This document shows positions 10,529 through 20,714 of a stretch of DNA of 64,000 bases, one piece after another. The stretch covers positions 64,001-128,000 of the forward strand of contig JAVZLQ010000004.1 in assembly GCA_038883655.1 (NCBI GenBank). Direction: 5' to 3'. This DNA is from Candidatus Bathyarchaeia archaeon (GTDB taxonomy: Archaea > Thermoproteota > Bathyarchaeia > Bathyarchaeales > Bathycorpusculaceae). Position 1 is the first letter of the stretch. Every line of letters begins with the position of its first letter. The notes below the pieces were generated by a model that searched no databases, had not been told where the DNA came from, and saw only the letters and a program-made list of their open reading frames with translations. Position numbers and translations under genes: made by a program.

Positions 10529-10571
10529 CCGAATAACGTGGATGTGAATAAAGAAAAATGGAGGTTGCGGT

Positions 10572-11081
10572 TTAGGTTCCAGCTGTTACCTTCATTGCTT
10601 CTTGGAAAAGCTTCTTTGTAGCTGCAATCCTCGCCTTCTGTGCTAGGACATCGCTTGTTACAAGGTCTAATGCTTCTTCTGGACACCACTTAACGCATTG
10701 TGGTTCGCCTTTGTCCTTGCAGAGGTCACAGACAAACACGACTTTCTTCTCTGGGTGGATCATTATCGCGCCGTAGTCGCATGCTTCAATGCACCATCCG
10801 CATCCGTTGCACTTTTCCTCGTCAACTATTATTGTACCGTTTTCTTCAGACTGTGAAAGCGCATCCCTTGGGCAAGCGGCAACACATGGAGGATCTTCGC
10901 ATAGCCTACAAGAGATTGAGATGTTGACAAGAGGGTTTAACCGCACAACACGTATCCTTGACTTTAACGGGTTAAACGTCTTTTCCTTCGTGAAAGAGCA
11001 GACGTATTCGCATACTTGGCATCCTACACACTTGTCCGGGTCTGCTGTGACAAATTTTCTCTCGTGAATCTTAACCATCAT
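10572..11081 (-). CDS. Multi-[4Fe-4S] ferredoxin-like electron-transfer subunit partnered with AOR
   Basis: CVGCQVCEYVC, CRLCEDPPCVAACP, CNGCGWCIEAC, CDLC...CVKWCP. Confidence 0.88.
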   Translation of the reverse strand: MMVKIHERKFVTADPDKCVGCQVCEYVCSFTKEKTFNPLKSRIRVVRLNPLVNISISCRLCEDPPCVAACPRDALSQSEENGTIIVDEEKCNGCGWCIEACDYGAIMIHPEKKVVFVCDLCKDKGEPQCVKWCPEEALDLVTSDVLAQKARIAATKKLFQEAMKVTAGT

Positions 11082-11082
11082 G

Positions 11083-12945
11083 CTACGCTCCTTTTATTTT
11101 TCCTTCAACTATGTGAATTAGGTCTTCCATGCCCAACTCCTTAAGCTTCTCTATTTTTGGTATGCCTTCCCTAGTCCATCCACGTGCTTCGTAGTAATCA
11201 TCCAAAAGCAAGTCCAGCTCCGTCTGTGAAACGTAGGCGCCTTTGGCTGGTCCATCGTCTGGGATTGGCTTGTTCATGACCTTCCATGGCAGTGTGTCGT
11301 CTTTTCTGCTTAAGCCTTCTCTGACGTTGAAAACTCTAGCTACGTTGTTTATTCTTTCGCCGCAGCGCCGTATTTCTTCCGGCGTCATCTCAATTCCGGT
11401 CACCAAAGTGTAAAGTTTTGCGAGGTCTTCTGCCTCTTTGTAGTATGTTCCCCTTGAGAACTTGCAAATTATTAACGAGTCGATTATGGTGTATATGTCT
11501 TCTATGTCCTTAACAATTTTTCCTCGTCCCTTCTCGGCGACTAAGCGGTTGACTTTTCCCTTTACGTCGAAGGCGTAGGCGCCGTGCCTATTGTGATCTG
11601 CTCCTCTAAATGAGACTGCAAAGCCCAAGGCGGCTGTTTTTAGACACCTTAAATCGTATCCGGTGACCTCGACGCCCTTAATGTGCTGTGCGAGTTTTTC
11701 TGCGCCCTTGCCTATTTTTTCTCCAGCGACTTTTACTCCTTCTGCGAGGATGTCGCCTACCCCCTCGCGCTTGCCAATTTTCTCTATAAGTTGAACAAGT
11801 GCTTCATGATTGCCAAAACGTGCATCTAGTCCATCCATGTCCTTCTGTGTCAAAATTCCATTTTCGTAACAGTCCATTGCAAAGCCGACGATTACTCCAG
11901 CGCTGATGGCGTCTATCCCATAATAGTTGCACAGGTCCATGCCCTTTATTATGGCGTCCAAGCGGTCAACGCCGCAGTATGGTCCCATAGCCCAGAGAGG
12001 CTCGTACTCCATTCTTGTCATAGCGCCCTTGTATGGTCCCTCTGTCACCACGCATACGTGTTCGCATCGCATTGCGCATGAGCTGCACCCAATTATTTTT
12101 GCGACGTAACGCTCGTTTAGTATTTCTCCACTCACTTTTTCGGCTGCCTCAAAATGCGCGTTATTATAGTTTCTTGTCGGCATGCAATGCAAAGCGTTGT
12201 GCACCAAAACGTTTTCCGGCGTGCCCAGAGTCCTATATTTCTGTGTGGCTGGGCCCTTCATTCTTTCGTGGAACTCTTTGACGAACTCCATGAACTCGTC
12301 TGGTTTTGCCACCGTGATGTCGCGTGTTCCGCGGACGGCGATTGCTTTAAGGTTCTTTGAACCCATAACCGCGCCTAATCCAGTTCTTCCAGCAGCCCTG
12401 GTCTTTTCATTTATTATACATGCTATTCGAACGAGTTTTTCTCCAGCTGGTCCTATGGCTGCCACACGAATGTAATAATCGCCAAGCTCCTCCTTTATTG
12501 CGTCTTCGGTGTCGGCTGGCGACTTCCCCATCAAGTGTGAAGCGCTTAATAGCTGAACGGAGTCATCGTCGATCCAAACGTAAACGGGTTTTTCCGCTCT
12601 TCCTTTAAAAATAACAGCGTCGTATCCCGCCCTCTTAAGCTCTGTGCCAAACGAGCCGTGTGATTTAGCTTCGCCTACACCATAGCTTTGAGGAGACTTC
12701 GACACAAAGGCATGACCGTTTCCGCCAGTTGGCCAAACAGTGCCTGACACCGGGCCTGTTGTAAGAATTAGCGGGTTTTCTGGGCTGAATGGGTCTACTC
12801 CCGCTTGTGAGTGGTCAAGCCAGAGGCGCATTCCTAGACCTATTCCGCCAATGTATTTTTTTGCGTAGTCTTCGTTTAATGGTTCAACATGGGTTTTTCC
12901 CGTTGTTAAATCTATGTGGAGTACTCGACCAGCATAGCCGTACAA
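11083..12945 (-). CDS. aor: Tungsten-dependent aldehyde:ferredoxin oxidoreductase family
   Basis: GYAGRVLHIDLT, KSPQ, GRTGLGAVMGSKNLKA, CSSCAMRC, EYE, GID, SLIICKF, YYEARGW. Confidence 0.93.
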   Translation of the reverse strand: MYGYAGRVLHIDLTTGKTHVEPLNEDYAKKYIGGIGLGMRLWLDHSQAGVDPFSPENPLILTTGPVSGTVWPTGGNGHAFVSKSPQSYGVGEAKSHGSFGTELKRAGYDAVIFKGRAEKPVYVWIDDDSVQLLSASHLMGKSPADTEDAIKEELGDYYIRVAAIGPAGEKLVRIACIINEKTRAAGRTGLGAVMGSKNLKAIAVRGTRDITVAKPDEFMEFVKEFHERMKGPATQKYRTLGTPENVLVHNALHCMPTRNYNNAHFEAAEKVSGEILNERYVAKIIGCSSCAMRCEHVCVVTEGPYKGAMTRMEYEPLWAMGPYCGVDRLDAIIKGMDLCNYYGIDAISAGVIVGFAMDCYENGILTQKDMDGLDARFGNHEALVQLIEKIGKREGVGDILAEGVKVAGEKIGKGAEKLAQHIKGVEVTGYDLRCLKTAALGFAVSFRGADHNRHGAYAFDVKGKVNRLVAEKGRGKIVKDIEDIYTIIDSLIICKFSRGTYYKEAEDLAKLYTLVTGIEMTPEEIRRCGERINNVARVFNVREGLSRKDDTLPWKVMNKPIPDDGPAKGAYVSQTELDLLLDDYYEARGWTREGIPKIEKLKELGMEDLIHIVEGKIKGA

Positions 12946-13069
12946 GATTTTTCCTCCAAACTTAGCTTAAACGGAATCATATAATTTACGTGATAAGTTA
13001 TATTAATGTATCTCTAAATTTTTGCAACTATAAAGGATAAAAGGGGCAATTAAAAGGTGCACAATTGAG

Positions 13070-14638
13070 CTAAAGCGCCTCCTTCACTAGTTCGAGGATA
13101 TCCCTAACGGCGATTTTGCCCTCAACATCCAACACTTTCACCGCGTCTTCAAGCGTTGTGATGCAATATGGACATGCCACAGCTATTGTGTCGACGCCTA
13201 ATTCAAGCGCTTCCTTAACCCTTTCAACGCATGGTCTCTTTTCAGCAGGTGCCTCTTCGGTCCAAACTCTTCCAGCGCCCCCGCCGCAGCAGAAGCTGCT
13301 TAGCCTCGTCCTTTTCATTTCAACGAGTTCTAAGCCTTTTATCGCTTGCAAAATTTGTCTCGGCTCTTCGAATATGTTGTTGCGTTTGCCTAGGAAGCAT
13401 GGGTCGTGGTAGGCTACGCGCCTATTTATGGCTTTTGAAAGTTTGAGTTTTCCAGAGTTTAGGGTTTCTGCCAAGAACTGTGTGTAATGTTGAACGTTCA
13501 AGTTTGCTTCGCTGTATGGTTTGTCGCTTTTAAATGTGTTGTAGCAGTGCGGCGACAAGGTTACGATTTTTTGGGCGTTGAACTTTTTGAACATGGCGAC
13601 ATTGTGCTCAGCCAAGACCTCAAACAAGCCTCGCTCGCCCATCCTCAGGATGTGGTCTCCACAGCACCATTCTTCAGAGCCTAAAGTTGCATAATTTACG
13701 CCTAGCCTTTCGAAGATTGAAGCCATGATTCGTGCTGTTTCCTGGTTTCTTGCATCAAAAGCGTTTGAACAGCAAACAAAGAACAGCACTTCCGCTTCAG
13801 CAACTGTTGGATAAGTTTTAACGTTTAGTCCCTTCGCCCAGTCCATCCTCTTGCTTTGGTGTGTCCCCATTGGATTGTTATATTTGTAAACGCTTTCAAG
13901 CACGTCCTTGACCGTTCTTGGGATGTTTCCGGCCTCAACCAGCAAACAGTGATCGTTAACCAAGGCGTTTGCACAGTCAACCTGCTTTGGACAGAAGAGC
14001 GTGCACGCGTTGCATTGCGTGCAGAGCCATATGTTTTCCGTCATTGGTTTTAGACGTTCATCTGCCCCTTCATCTCTCGAATCTGCAATGAATCTGTAGT
14101 TCGCTGTTAGAGCTGAAGGCCCTAGGAACCTTTCGTCTATGGCTGCGGGGCAAGCCGAATAGCATATTGAACATTTTGTGCATAAGGTTAGGTCCCAGTA
14201 CTTTTTGAGGTCCAGCGGTGACTGTACGAACTCAACCATCTTCACGAGTTCTGATTCAGGCTTTATTAACACGGTTTTAATCTTCTTAAAAGTGTCAAAG
14301 AAAGGTTCAATGTCGACAACCAAATCCTTTATCACCGGCAAGTTTGAAAGTGGAGCAATTTCAAGCGAATCAGTATTCAAGTCAAGCACTTGCGTGTAAC
14401 ACGCGAGCATAGGTTTTCCGTTTATATTAACCCCGCAGCTTCCACATATGCCCATACGACATGAATGCCTAAAGCTTAATGTACCGTCAAGGTTGTCCCT
14501 AATATAGCTTAACGCGTCAAGAACGGTTGTACCCCTTCGTATTGGCACCTTGTACGTGGATATGTAACGCCTCTTACCCTCTGGGTCATAACGGTGAATG
14601 TGGAACTCGACAATTTTTTCAACTTTTCCGCTCATCAT
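13070..14638 (-). CDS. tfrB: Fumarate reductase Fe-S subunit fused to HdrB/D-type CCG domains (thiol:fumarate reductase B-like)
   Basis: SCRMGICGSC [2Fe-2S], CTKCSICYSACP, CTQCNACTLFCP, then WCCG, HDPC, FCCGGG, ACPYC. Confidence 0.82.
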   Translation of the reverse strand: MMSGKVEKIVEFHIHRYDPEGKRRYISTYKVPIRRGTTVLDALSYIRDNLDGTLSFRHSCRMGICGSCGVNINGKPMLACYTQVLDLNTDSLEIAPLSNLPVIKDLVVDIEPFFDTFKKIKTVLIKPESELVKMVEFVQSPLDLKKYWDLTLCTKCSICYSACPAAIDERFLGPSALTANYRFIADSRDEGADERLKPMTENIWLCTQCNACTLFCPKQVDCANALVNDHCLLVEAGNIPRTVKDVLESVYKYNNPMGTHQSKRMDWAKGLNVKTYPTVAEAEVLFFVCCSNAFDARNQETARIMASIFERLGVNYATLGSEEWCCGDHILRMGERGLFEVLAEHNVAMFKKFNAQKIVTLSPHCYNTFKSDKPYSEANLNVQHYTQFLAETLNSGKLKLSKAINRRVAYHDPCFLGKRNNIFEEPRQILQAIKGLELVEMKRTRLSSFCCGGGAGRVWTEEAPAEKRPCVERVKEALELGVDTIAVACPYCITTLEDAVKVLDVEGKIAVRDILELVKEAL

Positions 14639-14647
14639 CTCTTCCTC

Positions 14648-16348
14648 CTAATAGGTTCTTGCGGCTGGAGGCCACTTCGTAATTGTAACTGGAATATACA
14701 CGAGGCGAGGGCCTTCACGTGTGCAATACGCCAACGTGTGTTTAAGCCAGTTAACGTCATCCCTTTTTGAGTAGTCCATTCTTGTGTGCGCTCCGCGGGA
14801 CTCTGTTCTGGCAAGTGCACAGTAAATTGTGACTTCAGCCAAGTCCAACATGAAGTCAAGCTGTAATGCTTCTGTGAGCCCGCTGTTGAAGGGGCCGCGT
14901 TTATCCTCAACCTTTATTCGCTTAAACCGTTCTTTGAGTTCCCTAATTTTCCTCAACGCATCTTGGAGATGGTCTCCTCTTCTGAAAATCCAAACCTTCT
15001 CGTTCATTGTGCGGCGCATTTCATCCCTAATAACTGGAACCCTCTCGTCGCCCTCGCTTCCTAAAATCCCATCATAAACTCGTTTTTCCTCCAAAGAAAG
15101 GTTTTCTTCTGGAATTTCTTTGAAACTTGTTGATAAAGCGCGTTTAGCTGCTTCCTCTCCGGCAACCGCGCCGAAGACTAGGCATTCGGCAGTCGAGTTT
15201 GTGCCAAGCCTGTTCGCTCCATGAATACTTATGCATGAGCATTCGCCGGCAGCGTATAAACCAGCAATTGGCGTTTCAGTCTTAACATTAGCTTTTATCC
15301 CGCCCATGGAGTAATGCGCCGCTGGTCTTATTGGTATGTACTCCTTAACTGGGTCGACTCCGCCGAGTTTTATGGCAACTTCGCGTATCAGCGGCAAACG
15401 CTCGTTTATTTTCTCCTCGCCGAGATGCGTCAAGTCTAAGGCAATGTATGGACCGTAGGGTCCCTCGAAACCTCTTCCTTCAAGTATTTCTGTTTGCTCC
15501 GCCCTTGAAACGACGTCGCGTGGGGCAAGCTCCATCTTTTCTGGAGCGTAATTCTTCATGAAGCGTTCGCCCTTGGCGTTTAATAGGTATCCGCCTTCTC
15601 CCCTCGCGCCTTCTGTTATCAGCACGCCTGATGGAACAAGTCCTGTCGGGTGAAATTGGACGAACTCCATGTCTTCAAGCGGTGCTCCAGCGCGGTATGC
15701 CATTGCCATTCCATCGCCTGTTGTGGTGTGGGAGAATGTTGTGAACTCGTATATGCGTTCGTGTCCGCCCGTTGCCATTACTATTGCCTTTGCTTTGAAG
15801 GCGTGCATCTCGCCAGTTTTAAGTTCTATGGCTGTAAGGCCTATTGCCGTGTTATCTTCAACTATCAGCGAGGTGGCGAACCATTCGTCATAGAACTTCA
15901 CGTTGTTGTAGGATGTGGCTTTGCCATAAAGCGTGTGCATCTCGTGAAAGCCCGTCATGTCCGCTGCGAAACACGCTCTCGGAAAACTGTGGCCTCCAAA
16001 TGGGCGTTGGTCTATTTTTCCGTCTGGTGTTCTGCTCCATGGCAGCCCCCAATGTTCTGTTAGTATTATCTCTTTAGGCGCTTGCTTCACAAAGAATTCC
16101 ACAGCGTCTTGGTCTGCAAGGTAGTCCGCGCCCTTAACGGTGTCAAAGGCGTGAAGGTCAAATGAGTCTTTTTCGCGCATCACCGCGGCTGTTCCGCCCT
16201 GCGCACAAACAGAATGTGAACGTATCGGATGAAGTTTTGATATTACTGCAATGTCCAGTTTTTTGCTGGTTTCGGCAGCGGCAATCGCTGCTCTTAGTCC
16301 GGCCAGTCCAGCGCCAACTATAACAATGTCGTGCGTGTACGTTTCCAT
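14648..16348 (-). CDS. tfrA: Succinate dehydrogenase/fumarate reductase flavoprotein (TfrA-like by context)
   Basis: [61 protein letters not shown]. Confidence 0.85.
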   Translation of the reverse strand: METYTHDIVIVGAGLAGLRAAIAAAETSKKLDIAVISKLHPIRSHSVCAQGGTAAVMREKDSFDLHAFDTVKGADYLADQDAVEFFVKQAPKEIILTEHWGLPWSRTPDGKIDQRPFGGHSFPRACFAADMTGFHEMHTLYGKATSYNNVKFYDEWFATSLIVEDNTAIGLTAIELKTGEMHAFKAKAIVMATGGHERIYEFTTFSHTTTGDGMAMAYRAGAPLEDMEFVQFHPTGLVPSGVLITEGARGEGGYLLNAKGERFMKNYAPEKMELAPRDVVSRAEQTEILEGRGFEGPYGPYIALDLTHLGEEKINERLPLIREVAIKLGGVDPVKEYIPIRPAAHYSMGGIKANVKTETPIAGLYAAGECSCISIHGANRLGTNSTAECLVFGAVAGEEAAKRALSTSFKEIPEENLSLEEKRVYDGILGSEGDERVPVIRDEMRRTMNEKVWIFRRGDHLQDALRKIRELKERFKRIKVEDKRGPFNSGLTEALQLDFMLDLAEVTIYCALARTESRGAHTRMDYSKRDDVNWLKHTLAYCTREGPRLVYIPVTITKWPPAARTY

Positions 16349-16469
16349 TTAAAGTCTCCCCGTTTGAGAGAACCTAGATTTTGTGACCTAGGCTTTATAG
16401 TTTTTCCATAAATTTTGGCAACTGAATGTTTGCAAAAGGCGTAAATACCAATTTTGCACATAAACCTTA

Positions 16470-16823
16470 GTGGAAGCATTGAAACATATGGAAAAGCGTA
16501 TTCTAGATTTAGGTTTCATTTTTCTGTTGCTTCTTAATGTTCTCTCGCTTACTGGTCTAGTCCTTATTGGAAACGTTTGGGTGTTCCCGTTTAGTCTAGC
16601 CGTGTTTGCGGTTGACTTTTACTGGTATTATGTTAGACGCGTGAAAGGTAAGAAGCCGCGTTACCCGTTGGTGCCGCCAGAAGGAAAGGCAGATGTTTTT
16701 CTTCCGAGAACTGACATTCCAAGACCAGTGATTGCGGATTTTCGTGAAATTGAAGAGAAAAGGCGCAGAATGGCGAAAATTAAAAAGCTGCAAAGTGAAA
16801 CGACTCGACGCAAAAAGAAGTAG
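16470..16823 (+). CDS. Small membrane protein, unknown function
   Basis: Two hydrophobic segments followed by a basic tail; fills the intergenic gap. Confidence 0.6.
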   Translation: MEALKHMEKRILDLGFIFLLLLNVLSLTGLVLIGNVWVFPFSLAVFAVDFYWYYVRRVKGKKPRYPLVPPEGKADVFLPRTDIPRPVIADFREIEEKRRRMAKIKKLQSETTRRKKK

Positions 16824-16893
16824 GTTCCAGCAAGTTTTTATATGTTGTATGACATGGCTTTTAACGTCTATCTGCAAAAGGAGTTTAGGCGTC

Positions 16894-17298
16894 ATGTTTG
16901 TCGGAATCGACCATGTGGGCGTCGCCGTAAAAAATCTCGATGAGGCTGTAAAGGTTTACGGTGAAATTTTAGGTTTTAAGCTTGAAGGCATACACGTTCT
17001 AAATGAGCGAAAGGTTAAGGTTGCATTTTTCTCTTCTGGCGGTGAGGGACGAATAGAACTTCTCGAACCTATTGGCAGCGACAGTCCAGTTGCAAAGTTT
17101 CTTGAAAGCCGCGGCGAAGGCATACACCACATCGCAGTTAAAGTCAAAAACATAGAGAAGGCTCTGGAAGAGTTTAAGCGTGAAAACGTGATGCTTGTTG
17201 ATGAGAAGGCACGAGTTGGCGTTGAAGGAGCAAAAATCGCCTTTATTCACCCGAAAAGCACGAGAGGCGTTCTACTAGAGCTTGTAGAAAAGCCTTAG
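16894..17298 (+). CDS. mce: Methylmalonyl-CoA epimerase
   Basis: [39 protein letters not shown]; ATG at 16894. Confidence 0.92.
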   Translation: MFVGIDHVGVAVKNLDEAVKVYGEILGFKLEGIHVLNERKVKVAFFSSGGEGRIELLEPIGSDSPVAKFLESRGEGIHHIAVKVKNIEKALEEFKRENVMLVDEKARVGVEGAKIAFIHPKSTRGVLLELVEKP

Positions 17299-17313
17299 GA
17301 TTCGTATCTGTCC

Positions 17314-17985
17314 ATGAATGTTGACAAGGTCCAAGAAGGTTTACAAACAAAAAAGCTTGGTAAAACAATAATTTTGCTGCGTAGGGTGGATTCCACAAAC
17401 AATTTTGCCAAGAAATTGGCGCGTTATGGTGCCGTTGAAGGCACGGTTGTGGTTGCTGAAGAGCAAACTGCTGGGCGTGGAAGACACGGGCGAAAATGGT
17501 TTTCGCCAAAAGGCGGACTATACTTTTCTGTGATTTTGAGGCCGAAAATGAAGGTTAATAAGACTGTTGGCGTCATTGTGGCTGCTGGTTTGGCTGTTAT
17601 CAAGGTTTTAAGCGAAAATTACGGTTTAAGGGTTGAAGCTAAGTGGCCTAACGATGTTCTGCTTGATGGGAAAAAAGTTTGCGGAATACTCACAGAGGTA
17701 AACAGCACTGGCGAAAATGTGAACTACGTCGTGGTTGGCATAGGCATAAACGTCAATTCCGCAACTGCGAAAGAGTTTCCAGAAGAGCTAAAGCCCATCG
17801 CCACATCGTTAAGGGAGAAGCTGAAAAGGAAAGTAGAGCTTGAACCGCTACTGAAGCAATGTCTGGAGAAGCTTGAGGAAGTTTACGAGGCTTATATCAA
17901 GCTAGGCTTCCAGCCAACACTGGAAGAATGGATGAAATATTCAAGCGATAATACGCGTATTGATTACAAATCAAAATCTAATTAA
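17314..17985 (+). CDS. birA: Biotin-protein ligase (catalytic domain only)
   Basis: DSTN, QTAGRGRHGRKW, KWPND, KVCGIL, GIGINV. Confidence 0.92.
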   Translation: MNVDKVQEGLQTKKLGKTIILLRRVDSTNNFAKKLARYGAVEGTVVVAEEQTAGRGRHGRKWFSPKGGLYFSVILRPKMKVNKTVGVIVAAGLAVIKVLSENYGLRVEAKWPNDVLLDGKKVCGILTEVNSTGENVNYVVVGIGINVNSATAKEFPEELKPIATSLREKLKRKVELEPLLKQCLEKLEEVYEAYIKLGFQPTLEEWMKYSSDNTRIDYKSKSN

Positions 17986-18006
17986 TGTTCGGAGCTTTGC
18001 GATTTT

Positions 18007-18549
18007 ATGGAGGACTTGCGGGTTAAGGTCAGCAGGTACATGAGTTATCTGTTGAGGCATAATCCCCAAGGATTAAGCATGGACGAGCATGGCTTCGTGA
18101 ATTTGGACAAGCTTGTAGAAAAAATTAACCAGCGCTTCAGGGTTAACAAAATTTTCGTCTTAGAAATTGTTGAAAGAAGCGGTAGGAAACGCTTTGAGGT
18201 CGTTGACAACAAAATCAGAGCATTATATGGGCATACGGTTCCGGTGAAGCTTGAGTTTGAAGAGGATAAAACCGTAAAGGTGCTTTACCACGGAACAACG
18301 CCTCAAGCGGCTTCAAAAATTTTGAGGGAAGGCCTTAAACCAATGAAGCGAAAATGGGTTCACTTGTCTCCAACAATCGAAGTTGCAAGAGAAGTGGGAA
18401 TGCGCAGAACTGACACGCCAACCATTTTGGAAGTTGACGTCGAAGCCGCTAGAAAGGATGGACTGAAATTTTTCAAGGCTACAGATAAGGTTTACTTGTG
18501 CAAAAACGTCCCACAAAAGTACATTAGGCTTGTTCGAGCTGATGCCTAA
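18007..18549 (+). CDS. kptA: RNA 2'-phosphotransferase (Tpt1/KptA)
   Basis: SYLLRH, KRFE, IRALYGHT, LYHGT, VHLS. Confidence 0.93.
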   Translation: MEDLRVKVSRYMSYLLRHNPQGLSMDEHGFVNLDKLVEKINQRFRVNKIFVLEIVERSGRKRFEVVDNKIRALYGHTVPVKLEFEEDKTVKVLYHGTTPQAASKILREGLKPMKRKWVHLSPTIEVAREVGMRRTDTPTILEVDVEAARKDGLKFFKATDKVYLCKNVPQKYIRLVRADA

Positions 18550-19750
18550 ACTGCCAAGCCCTGAGCAACAAAAACATTGCCACTAATTGAAGTATAACTG
18601 CATAGCAAATTATTAACGTGAATGGAACTCTCAGTGCTATGAATAAGCCGTATAATCCGCCACTTATGAGAAAGCCGACGCCGTAAACAGTGTTGAAGAT
18701 ACCGTAAGCCATACCCCTAAAGGGGATAGGCGCAAATTCTGACACTGCCGCGCGGTAAACTGACTCGTGCATCCCAAGGACCAAGCCGAAAAATGCGGCG
18801 GCAACCCACAAAATAGGCAGTTCGTTGCCAGTTATTGCAAGCACGGATGGAATTACCGAAATTAAAAAAGGCGCAACGAGGATTCTTATCCCAAACTTGT
18901 CATAGGCATATCCAGAAACCAGAGCGGATGGCGCGTCCACGCCTTGAATAAACGTGTACATTAATGGTATAATCCACTGCTCACCGATTGGCTGAAGAAC
19001 ATCTGAGGCTTTAGCCAAGATGATTGTGTATGGGATAAGCCCCACAGTGTTCAAGAGAACGGCAAATGTGTAAATGTAGAATTCTATTCCAAGCTTTGCC
19101 TTTTCGCTTGTCTTCCGCGTCTCTGCAACAGCCGCCTTTGAGCCTAGCCTCTTGTAAGTGTAAGCCAAAACAATTAAGAGCACGGCGAATGGCACGAAAA
19201 GAAAAGTGAAGGTATAACCGTAGTTGTTGGCGCTCACAAACATTAGGGCGGCAACCATTATTGGCCCTATTATTGCGCCTATCTGATCTAGAAGTTCGTG
19301 TAAACCAAAGGCTTTTCCAGCGCCAACATCCTTGCTAATTATCGATAGAAGCGTGTCGCGCGAAGGCGACCTTATGGCTTTGCCAAACCTCTCAAGCAAA
19401 ATTAGGGTTATGACTGTTCCTAAACCAAAAGTGCCTGACGGTCCTAAAAGTGGAATTGAAACTATTAGTCCGTAGCCTAGGAATATGAATGCCCAGTAGG
19501 CGCGTGTTGTGTCTGCCAGATATCCGCCTAAAAGCCTCATTGTGTAGCCTAGAAATTCGCCGATTCCGCCGACAAAGCTTACTATGGCTAGTGACGCGCC
19601 GAGAAACGTTAGGTAGTCTGGAACTATGCCTCTTGAGCCTTCATAAACTATGTCGCCCATCAGGCTTACTATGCCAAGCGATAAAATTCCAAAGTAGGCA
19701 GCCTTTCGGGCATTAGCATTTGACTTCGCTCTTTCTTCAGCCAAATCCAA
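18524..19750 (-). CDS. MFS transporter
   Basis: About 12 hydrophobic segments, GYLAD, ERFGKAIRSPSRD, GYAYDKFG. Confidence 0.88.
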   Translation of the reverse strand: MDLAEERAKSNANARKAAYFGILSLGIVSLMGDIVYEGSRGIVPDYLTFLGASLAIVSFVGGIGEFLGYTMRLLGGYLADTTRAYWAFIFLGYGLIVSIPLLGPSGTFGLGTVITLILLERFGKAIRSPSRDTLLSIISKDVGAGKAFGLHELLDQIGAIIGPIMVAALMFVSANNYGYTFTFLFVPFAVLLIVLAYTYKRLGSKAAVAETRKTSEKAKLGIEFYIYTFAVLLNTVGLIPYTIILAKASDVLQPIGEQWIIPLMYTFIQGVDAPSALVSGYAYDKFGIRILVAPFLISVIPSVLAITGNELPILWVAAAFFGLVLGMHESVYRAAVSEFAPIPFRGMAYGIFNTVYGVGFLISGGLYGLFIALRVPFTLIICYAVILQLVAMFLLLRAWQFRHQLEQA

Positions 19751-19806
19751 ACCTTCTTGTCCAATTTACGAACACTACCATTATGTAGAACTTAAATTTA
19801 ATGGAT

Positions 19807-20607
19807 TTACTTTGTTTGAGTGGCTTGACGTTTTGCTTCTTCCCAAGCTTGGATTATTTCCCGGGTGATTTGGGGATAAAACTTGAAAATGTCTGTTGCA
19901 TTTTCAACGTAAATGTAAATTCTATAGTTTCTGGCGAAGGCCGTTATCCCAAGCGCTTGGTAGTCTGGCTTTCTTGGCATTTGTCCAGCATATTTTTCAA
20001 GAACCATGTCCAGCACTTTCTCAAGTTCGCCGACTGGTAGAGCGTGGTCGAAGGCTAACTCGAATCCGTAACGGTACATGTTTGGCTCTTCTTCCATAAA
20101 TCGGTAGTTGACTATGTCTCGGTCCAGTATCCTCTGAGTGCTTATTGAAACAATGTTGCCTGAAATAGTCAAAATTTTCGCGTAGTTCAGCGTGATTTCT
20201 TGCACTACCCCTTCGATGCTGTCTATCCGCACATAGTCGCCCACACGGAACGGGTGCGTTGCAAAGAGGAAAATTCCAGCCATAATGTTTCCAATCGTTC
20301 TAGTGGACGCAAATCCAACGGCCGCGCCTCCGATGGCGGAAAAGCTTATGATAGTTTCTGATGGAAGCCCTCCTACGTGAAGAAGCGCTATCGTGACGCC
20401 TATTAATATTATAATCCTTTCAGTTAGCACAATTCCGTTTACAATTTCTGGCGGAATCTCCTTCTTCCTTGTAATCTGTCTTAGCCATCTTGTGAAAACT
20501 CTTTCAATAATTAGCGCGGCAGCGGCAATGACGATGACCCATAATATCGTTATTAGGTATGGGTTTTCTGCGAACAAGTCTGTTAGACTTAAGTTTGGGT
20601 TTATCAT
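19807..20607 (-). CDS. mscS: Small-conductance mechanosensitive channel family
   Basis: Three N-terminal TM segments, GAAVGFAS, NIMAG, PFRVGDYV. Confidence 0.85.
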   Translation of the reverse strand: MINPNLSLTDLFAENPYLITILWVIVIAAAALIIERVFTRWLRQITRKKEIPPEIVNGIVLTERIIILIGVTIALLHVGGLPSETIISFSAIGGAAVGFASTRTIGNIMAGIFLFATHPFRVGDYVRIDSIEGVVQEITLNYAKILTISGNIVSISTQRILDRDIVNYRFMEEEPNMYRYGFELAFDHALPVGELEKVLDMVLEKYAGQMPRKPDYQALGITAFARNYRIYIYVENATDIFKFYPQITREIIQAWEEAKRQATQTK

Positions 20608-20714
20608 TGCAGTTATGATGAACGCAACAGTCTAATAAGTTTTAGCGGAAGGGTGAAGAAAGTTTTTATTATAGTTTAAAGCTACATGCAATGCCATAAA
20701 AGGAATGAGAGAGC

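Noticed and set aside
20615-20680. C-box-like ATGATGA between mscS and slyD
   Set aside because: No CTGA D box at a suitable distance and no recognisable rRNA complementarity; the region overlaps divergent promoters
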